A DNA stretch of 64,000 bases, taken from positions 1,088,001 through 1,152,000 of the forward strand of contig OY760074.1 of the NCBI GenBank assembly GCA_963663035.1. Reading direction: 5' to 3'. Positions 58,229 to 64,000 of the stretch are shown piece after piece (position 1 is the first letter of the stretch; every line of letters begins with the position of its first letter). This DNA is from Acidobacteriota bacterium. Lineage in GTDB: Bacteria > Acidobacteriota > UBA6911 > RPQK01 > JADFOI01. The translations under genes and the position numbers were made by a program. The notes under the pieces are model-generated. The model made no database searches and was not told the origin of the DNA. It saw nothing but the letters and a program-made list of their open reading frames with translations.

Positions 58229-60631
58229 ATGCAGAGAGACAAGCTGGATTTCCCCAGGAAGAAATGGATCGGACAGAGGGTCAAGCGCAAAGAGGATCCC
58301 CGCCTTCTGACCGGTAAGGGACAGTTCACGGATGATCTGGACATTCCCGGTGTGCTTTATGCCGGACTGTTGAGGAGTCCCTACGCGCACGCCCGGATCC
58401 GGAACATCGACCTGAGCAAGGTCCGGGAGAGGGAGGATGTGGTCTGTACCTTGACTGGGGATGAGGTCGCCCAGCTCACCCGCCCGGTTCCGAATAACCT
58501 GCGGCCTCCCTATAGCGAAATCGAGGATTATTGCATGGCCGTTGGGAAGTCCCGATACGCGGGCGAGGTGGTGGCGGCCGTGGTCACCGAGGACAAGTAT
58601 CTGGCTGAGGACGTCTTGTCTTTGGTCCAGGTCGACTATGAGCCCCTCGATCCCGTGGTGGATCCCATAAAAGCCATGGACTCGGCGTCCGCATTGGTCC
58701 ACGAGGGTGTTCCCTCCAATTTGGTTTGGGAGGGGAAATACGAATATGGCAATCTGGAGGAAGCCTTTGGTCAAGCGGATCTCGTAGTCAAGGAGAGCTT
58801 ATACTTTCACCGTTTCACTTCTGCGCCGCTGGAGAACACGGTGGTGATCGCTGACTACGATGAGAGGCGGGAAAGCTTAACAATCTGGAGCAATAGCCAG
58901 CGGCCCATGTTCAATCATCGCTTCGTCACCCATGCCTTGCGCTTTCCGGGAGAGAAGATCCGCTATATCACGCCGGATATTGGTGGCGGATTCGGAGTCA
59001 AAAATGACAGTTACCCCTACCTGATCCTTCTTGCCTTGCTGGCCATGCGGGCCGGGAGACCGGTGAAGTGGGTGGAGACTCGAACGGAGCATCTGGCGGC
59101 TAGCCTGCATGGGAATGAGGTGTTTTACGATGCCGAGCTGGCGGTGCGGAAAGACGGAACCGTCCTGGGACTGAAGGCAAAAGCGGTCCACGACGAAGGC
59201 GCCTACATGAGGAGGGAACCGATCGGGGCGATTAACTTCATTCGCCATGCCACGGTGGGGTACACCCTTGAAAACCTCAGTATGGATCTTTACTGCGTGG
59301 CCACCAACAAATGTCCAGTAGGGCCGAATAGGTCCTATGGAAAGATGCAGCAGTGCTTCCTGGTGGAACGACTCCTGGATATAGCGGCACGCCGGCTCAA
59401 GATCGATCCTGGAGAAATTCGGCTCAGGAACTTTGTCCAGCCCAATGAAATGCCTTATGAAACCCCGACGGGATGCATTCTGGACGGTGGGGATTATCCG
59501 GGGGCGTTAAAGAAGGCCCTGGAGATGATTGACTACCAGAAGGTTCGGGAGGAGCAGGCTAAGCTCCGCCAGTCGGGGAGGTATCTGGGCGTTGGAGTGG
59601 CTCTCGGCATGGATGCCTGTCCCGTCAATTCCAGTATCCAGAGAATGATGAATCCGCAGGCCAAAGCGTCCGGAGACAGCGAAGCGGCCTGGGTGAAGAT
59701 TACGCCCGACGGTGAGATTGTGGCTGCGGTGGGAACTTCTCCGCAAGGCCAGGGTCATGAAACGGTGGTCTCCCAGATTGTGGCCGATGTGCTGGGCGTG
59801 CATCCGGATGATGTGTACGCCGTAGAGGGTTTTGACTCAAGCGTGAATCCCTCCACTCCTCACTCAGGAACCTATGCCAGCCGTTTTGCCATTGTGGGGG
59901 CGGGAGCTGTGCTGGGTGCAGCCTGGAAAGTAAGAGAAAAGGTCCTGAAAATTGGAGCTCATCTGTTGGGTGGTGTGGATGGTGAGCAGCTGGATCTGGA
60001 GGATGGTCGCGTCTTCCTGAAGGATGCAAAGGATCAAAGCGTTACCCTGGAGGATGTGGCTCGAGTTGCCTGGGCGGATCTCGCCAACCTCCCGGAAGAC
60101 GTCGAGGCTGGTCTCTTTGCTCACTATGTCTATCGGCCCGACTTCAAGCTTCCCAAGGATGATCAGAGAGGGAATTTCTCATTTACCTACTCCTATGCTG
60201 TGACCGCTGCGGTAGTGGAGGTGGATGTGGAAACGGGAAGAATCAAGGTTCTCAAGCTGGCCTGTGTGGACGACGCCGGGCAGTGTTTAAATCCCCTCAT
60301 CGTGGAAGGGCAGATTCACGGAGCGATAGGACATCAGTTGGGAGCCGCCCTCTATGAACGTCTGCTGTACGACGAAAATGGACAGCTTCTCACCTCCTCC
60401 TTTAAGGACTATTGCGCTCCAACGGCTCTGGACTTCCCGAAATTTGAAGTGGATCTCCTGGAAACCCCCTCACTGGCCACACCGTGGGGTTCAAGGGGCG
60501 TTGGAGAAGGTGGTGGTTCGCCCTTGATCGTGGTCAGCAGCGCAGTCTCTGATGCGCTGGAGCCTTTTAAGGTTGAAATCAAGAGCTCCCACCTCTCGCC
60601 CGAGGATGTCTTGAGTCAGCTGATGGACTAA
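58229..60631 (+). CDS. Molybdopterin-binding large subunit, xanthine dehydrogenase/CoxL family (not form I CODH)
   Basis: 'RKEDPRLLTGKGQFTDD', 'RSPYAHARI', 'IGGGFGVK', 'GQGHET', 'EGQIHG', 'RGVGEGG'. The active-site loop reads 'PVGPNRSYG'. Confidence 0.92.
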   Translation: MQRDKLDFPRKKWIGQRVKRKEDPRLLTGKGQFTDDLDIPGVLYAGLLRSPYAHARIRNIDLSKVREREDVVCTLTGDEVAQLTRPVPNNLRPPYSEIEDYCMAVGKSRYAGEVVAAVVTEDKYLAEDVLSLVQVDYEPLDPVVDPIKAMDSASALVHEGVPSNLVWEGKYEYGNLEEAFGQADLVVKESLYFHRFTSAPLENTVVIADYDERRESLTIWSNSQRPMFNHRFVTHALRFPGEKIRYITPDIGGGFGVKNDSYPYLILLALLAMRAGRPVKWVETRTEHLAASLHGNEVFYDAELAVRKDGTVLGLKAKAVHDEGAYMRREPIGAINFIRHATVGYTLENLSMDLYCVATNKCPVGPNRSYGKMQQCFLVERLLDIAARRLKIDPGEIRLRNFVQPNEMPYETPTGCILDGGDYPGALKKALEMIDYQKVREEQAKLRQSGRYLGVGVALGMDACPVNSSIQRMMNPQAKASGDSEAAWVKITPDGEIVAAVGTSPQGQGHETVVSQIVADVLGVHPDDVYAVEGFDSSVNPSTPHSGTYASRFAIVGAGAVLGAAWKVREKVLKIGAHLLGGVDGEQLDLEDGRVFLKDAKDQSVTLEDVARVAWADLANLPEDVEAGLFAHYVYRPDFKLPKDDQRGNFSFTYSYAVTAAVVEVDVETGRIKVLKLACVDDAGQCLNPLIVEGQIHGAIGHQLGAALYERLLYDENGQLLTSSFKDYCAPTALDFPKFEVDLLETPSLATPWGSRGVGEGGGSPLIVVSSAVSDALEPFKVEIKSSHLSPEDVLSQLMD

Positions 60632-60635
60632 GTAG

Positions 60636-60780
60636 CCCGCATTATGCATAAATTTTCTGCTACAGTGTCGCAATCATCCGCGCTGACGGTGTTGTGCGAC
60701 CCGCAAGCGGGTACCCCTCACACGCCTTGTCATCGCGGCGCTTGCGCCACTTCGCTACGAAAACCTATGCATAATGCGGG
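60636..60780. mobile_element. MITE copy D (145 bp, short form)
   Basis: Perfect IR CCCGCATTATGCATA / TATGCATAATGCGGG and a single internal unit. Flanks GTAG and CTAT. Confidence 0.85.
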
Positions 60781-60788
60781 CTATTCTC

Positions 60789-62810
60789 TCAAGGAATCAA
60801 GCCAGCTTCTCTTTTTCCCGCTTCGGTAAAGGGCTTGCCTGAATCCTCCACATCCTTATCTTCAAAGTTATACTGGTATCCGACCTCATCCACACCCCAG
60901 TCACTGGCCAGCGAGGAATTGAGTGCGATCGTTTTGCCACCCACTATGGTCATCAAAGGTCGAACTTTGAGAATCTCATCCACCGGAATCGTAAAGTAAT
61001 CCCGGTCGATCACCAGCAGATCTGCCCATTTACCAGTCTCCAACGAGCCCAGCTGATCCTGATGTTCGACATACTCGCCCGCCCATGCCGTGTACATCTT
61101 CAAGGCTTGCACCCGGTCAATTCGCTCCTCCGGCTGCCAGACTCTGCCATCGAACTTTCGCGTCGTCATCAGCCACATGAGGGCGAAGGGAGGTGTCACT
61201 GGCGCTCCTAAGCGGCCTAGCTCGCTCCCTCCAAAGGCTCCCGACCCGTAGTGCTGCCCTACCAGCCTGACTCCTGAGTCGATCCAGGTTTTGAAGGGGA
61301 GGAGAAAGTCCTCGATATTGGGAGTCTCTGCTCCATAGTCGTCTATCCAGTTGCGAAAACTCCGAAAGTAATCGGGTGCACAGCTGATGATGATTCCATA
61401 CCTTGTGAGCTTGTCGATGATATCGGGCTGCTTTCCAATCATATTACAGTGTTCCAGCGCAAAGTGCTGGTCGTGGATCTGCTGGACCGTCATGCCCGTA
61501 GCTTCCCTGGCCCGGTCCACCATCTGGATGAAACGTCTAAAGCTTTCGCTGCCGCAGGTGTGGACTCCCTTGATCCTCCAACCCGCTTTGATGGCATTTT
61601 CAAGGGTGTCCCAATGGAGATCGCCTGGCTGGGGACAGGTCTCTCGAGCCTTGATGTGAGGCGGGGCTTTTGTATCGGGTCCCGTGCAGGACTCCGGATA
61701 AACAGAGTCCCACCGTTCCGAAGCCACTCCATCAATCCACATGTAGTCGCCTCCGAGGCCCTGAAGTACTCCCGTGCGCCGGTATAATTGTCGAGTCTCT
61801 TGGGGGTCAGTGGGCATCCGATGCACCTCGTAGTGGGCATTGAGGCGAATCGGCATCTGGCCCAGTTCGGCCAGTTTGGCGTATCCGGTCATAACTTTGG
61901 GGAAGGGAAGGCGGGTGCCCCAGGTAGTCACTCCCAGGGAGGCAAACTGCTCCGATCGCAGCTTGAGCATTTGAGCCAGGATGTTGGGATCGAGGTTCTC
62001 GAGAAAAAGCTCCCAGGTGATGACGGCCATCTCCTGGCTTCCCACCCAGCCCAGTTCAGCGATGTCCTCACCGATCACGTCCCCGTGCATGGTCTCCTGG
62101 ATGGAGGCGGAGTATCCGGGCAAAAATTCGTTGAGCACCTCCAGGGCCCGTGAATTGATGTTTCCCCTCAGGCCAGGGCGCATAAGGACCGGATTCTCGG
62201 GGGTCCACAGGTCAAGGGTTCGACGATTGGTGAGCCGTCGGGTCATGCCCCAGGTTGAAAGGTCACGGGGGGCATCGGGATGAGACCTCATATTCAGGAC
62301 GATCCAATCCCCTGGGTCGACGTTCTTGACGGCCTCCTGGAGGGCGTCTCGCATAATGCCCTGGGTTTTTTCCAGATCCCGATCCGCCTGAGCCTCAATG
62401 AAGGTGACTCCTTCGGGCGGATACTGGACGCCGAAGCGACTCGCAAAGTTCAGGGCTCCCCCATAGATATGTGCATGCGGTTCAATGATTCCGGGGATCA
62501 TGGTCCGGCCCTGCAGGTCAAAGACAGTGGTCAACCGCCCGGCCATGGCTTGAACTTCCTGGTTGGTCCCCAGCTTCATGATCTTGTCGCCCTTGACCGC
62601 GATGGCCTGGTAGATGCTCCCCACGTTGGCTGATTTGGACAGGTCATCCATGCTCACGATCTTCCCATTAATGAAGATGGAATCGGCGAACCCCATTTGT
62701 TCCACCTCAAGGGGCAGCTGACCGAAGGCACCAGAGACCTGGAAGAGAAGCAGCAGCACCAGAGCTGGCCAGGATTTGAGAGACTGACTCACCAATCGAT
62801 GGTTATTCAT
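60789..62810 (-). CDS. Exported amidohydrolase, paralog P7
   Basis: 'EPHAH', 'GVHTCGS', 'LEHC', 'GSLETGKWADLLVIDRD', RBS AGGAGG. Confidence 0.9.
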   Translation of the reverse strand: MNNHRLVSQSLKSWPALVLLLLFQVSGAFGQLPLEVEQMGFADSIFINGKIVSMDDLSKSANVGSIYQAIAVKGDKIMKLGTNQEVQAMAGRLTTVFDLQGRTMIPGIIEPHAHIYGGALNFASRFGVQYPPEGVTFIEAQADRDLEKTQGIMRDALQEAVKNVDPGDWIVLNMRSHPDAPRDLSTWGMTRRLTNRRTLDLWTPENPVLMRPGLRGNINSRALEVLNEFLPGYSASIQETMHGDVIGEDIAELGWVGSQEMAVITWELFLENLDPNILAQMLKLRSEQFASLGVTTWGTRLPFPKVMTGYAKLAELGQMPIRLNAHYEVHRMPTDPQETRQLYRRTGVLQGLGGDYMWIDGVASERWDSVYPESCTGPDTKAPPHIKARETCPQPGDLHWDTLENAIKAGWRIKGVHTCGSESFRRFIQMVDRAREATGMTVQQIHDQHFALEHCNMIGKQPDIIDKLTRYGIIISCAPDYFRSFRNWIDDYGAETPNIEDFLLPFKTWIDSGVRLVGQHYGSGAFGGSELGRLGAPVTPPFALMWLMTTRKFDGRVWQPEERIDRVQALKMYTAWAGEYVEHQDQLGSLETGKWADLLVIDRDYFTIPVDEILKVRPLMTIVGGKTIALNSSLASDWGVDEVGYQYNFEDKDVEDSGKPFTEAGKREAGLIP

Positions 62811-62847
62811 TGACCTAAACCTCCTTTAAATTCTTTGCACTGTGCGA

Positions 62848-62965
62848 CTCACTGACAGGTAAAATTACCCTCCACCCAGTTGATGGTAATCCCCCCTTTT
62901 GAAAGGTTCAGAAATCGTGTTGTAGATGCTAGATAATAGGTACGGGTTAAGGAAGTTGTCAACAG
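62848..62965 (-). pseudogene. Deletion scar of a tannase gene duplicate (promoter region plus last 35 bp)
   Basis: 62848-62882 is identical to 11535-11569. 62883-62965 resembles 13190-13270, including TTGACA-18-TATTAT. Confidence 0.85.
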
Positions 62966-63146
62966 GTTATCTTTGGATGTGCTTGGGCAACCCGTATACG
63001 ATTACCGAATGTTGAAGAAGACTGTCCCAGCCAGGGCTGAATCACAGATCTCTCATTGTTTTTTAAGAGAAGGCATGGCAAGCTTACGACAGAATCAGAG
63101 GGCATCGAGGGTGCTGGATGCATCCTCCTGAGTTGGAGAGGAAACC

Positions 63147-64000
63147 ATGAAGAATCTCATGACAATTGCTGCGGTGCTGGTTGGGATAGCCGCCCTCACC
63201 GCTTCCTCAGGGGCACAGACCGGCCTGGACCTGGTGGACGTCGACCTCATGTTCGTTGGGGCTCACCCTGACGACGATACATCGGTGATGGCCACCTTTG
63301 CCCGCTACCTGCTCGACCAGGGTTTCCGCGCCAGTGTCATCACCGCCACGGGCGGGGAAGGGGGAGGGAACGCCACCGGTCCGGAGTCGGGAATTGCTTT
63401 AGGGCTCATCCGCGCCGAGGAGGAACGGCGCGCTCTCGAGGTGGTGGGGGTGGGTGCGTCTCATTTTCTCTCCCTGCAGGATTTCTACTTCACCCTTTCC
63501 GCGGAAGAGACAGTCAGAAAATGGGGAGAATCCTACGTCTGTGACGTGGTGCGCTATGTCCGCCTCGAACGTCCGGAGGTCATCGTGACCTTGTGGCCGG
63601 GCCCGGGCACCCACGGACAGCATCAGATGGCGGCCCGCGCCGCAACCATCGCCTTTGATAAAGCGGCAGACCCGAATTTCTGCCCGGAGCTGATCACTGA
63701 AGAGCATCTCGAGCCTTTCCAGCCTCTCAAGCTCTATTACTCCGGACAGGCCAACTCGCCGACCACGGTTTCCATCGGCTCAGATGACTACTCTGCGGCG
63801 GCGAACATGCGCTATGCCGATTTGAAGGCATTGGCTTCCTCTAAATACCGTTCACAGGGCTTCGACCAGCGCGTGAGGATACCCGTTGAAGAAGCGCGAC
63901 CTGAGAGTTTCATGCTGGTTCGTTCCCTGGTTCCCCTCAGCGACCCGGAAATGCACCTTTTGGAGGGAGCGCTTCTACCCGCCGGGACGTCGCCCCCGGG
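63147..64000 (+). CDS. Exported PIG-L/LmbE family deacetylase, partial (runs off the window end)
   Basis: Manual translation: MKNLMTIAAVLVG…'FVGAHPDDD'…'TGGEGGGN'…'LGLIRAEE'…'RPEVIVT'…'HGQH'. RBS GGAGAGG. Confidence 0.88.
   Translation, partial: MKNLMTIAAVLVGIAALTASSGAQTGLDLVDVDLMFVGAHPDDDTSVMATFARYLLDQGFRASVITATGGEGGGNATGPESGIALGLIRAEEERRALEVVGVGASHFLSLQDFYFTLSAEETVRKWGESYVCDVVRYVRLERPEVIVTLWPGPGTHGQHQMAARAATIAFDKAADPNFCPELITEEHLEPFQPLKLYYSGQANSPTTVSIGSDDYSAAANMRYADLKALASSKYRSQGFDQRVRIPVEEARPESFMLVRSLVPLSDPEMHLLEGALLPAGTSPP

Noticed and set aside
56856-60631. Aerobic CO dehydrogenase (coxMSL)
   Set aside because: The AYxCSFR motif is absent and no coxDEFG accessory genes are adjacent.
23306-62810. 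Diversity-generating retroelement as the source of paralog variation
   Set aside because: No reverse transcriptase or template/variable repeat pair was seen, and the differences include indels and are not limited to adenines.

Overview
A 64 kb bacterial window with no rRNA, tRNA or CRISPR array seen. The gene content (GWxTD protein, Oar-type TonB-dependent receptors, DUF5916 and DUF1592/DUF1552 proteins) suggests Acidobacteriota, which is an inference. It is a catabolic/cell-envelope region dominated by nine exported YtcJ-like amidohydrolases. Seven are close paralogs with variable active-site loops, four of these are sequence mosaics, and one has an amber stop. The region also holds two TonB-dependent receptors with duplicated sigma-54 promoters, two UbiD decarboxylases, a creatininase / FAD oxidoreductase / 2Fe-2S cluster, a Na+:solute symporter with a CoxMSL-type molybdoenzyme, a tannase, an atypical asparaginase, and PQQ, cupredoxin and PIG-L proteins. 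Mobile DNA: one complete IS1380, one complete IS256, and four copies of a hairpin MITE with IS1380-like ends. Best leads: (1) an NHL/beta-propeller gene whose frame continues through a mid-blade UGA followed by a SECIS-like hairpin (candidate selenoprotein); (2) the recombining amidohydrolase repertoire; (3) the MITE family with copy-specific covarying termini; (4) two deletion scars of duplicated genes that supply a promoter or a stop codon to amidohydrolase copies. All family calls come from motifs read by eye; no searches were run.
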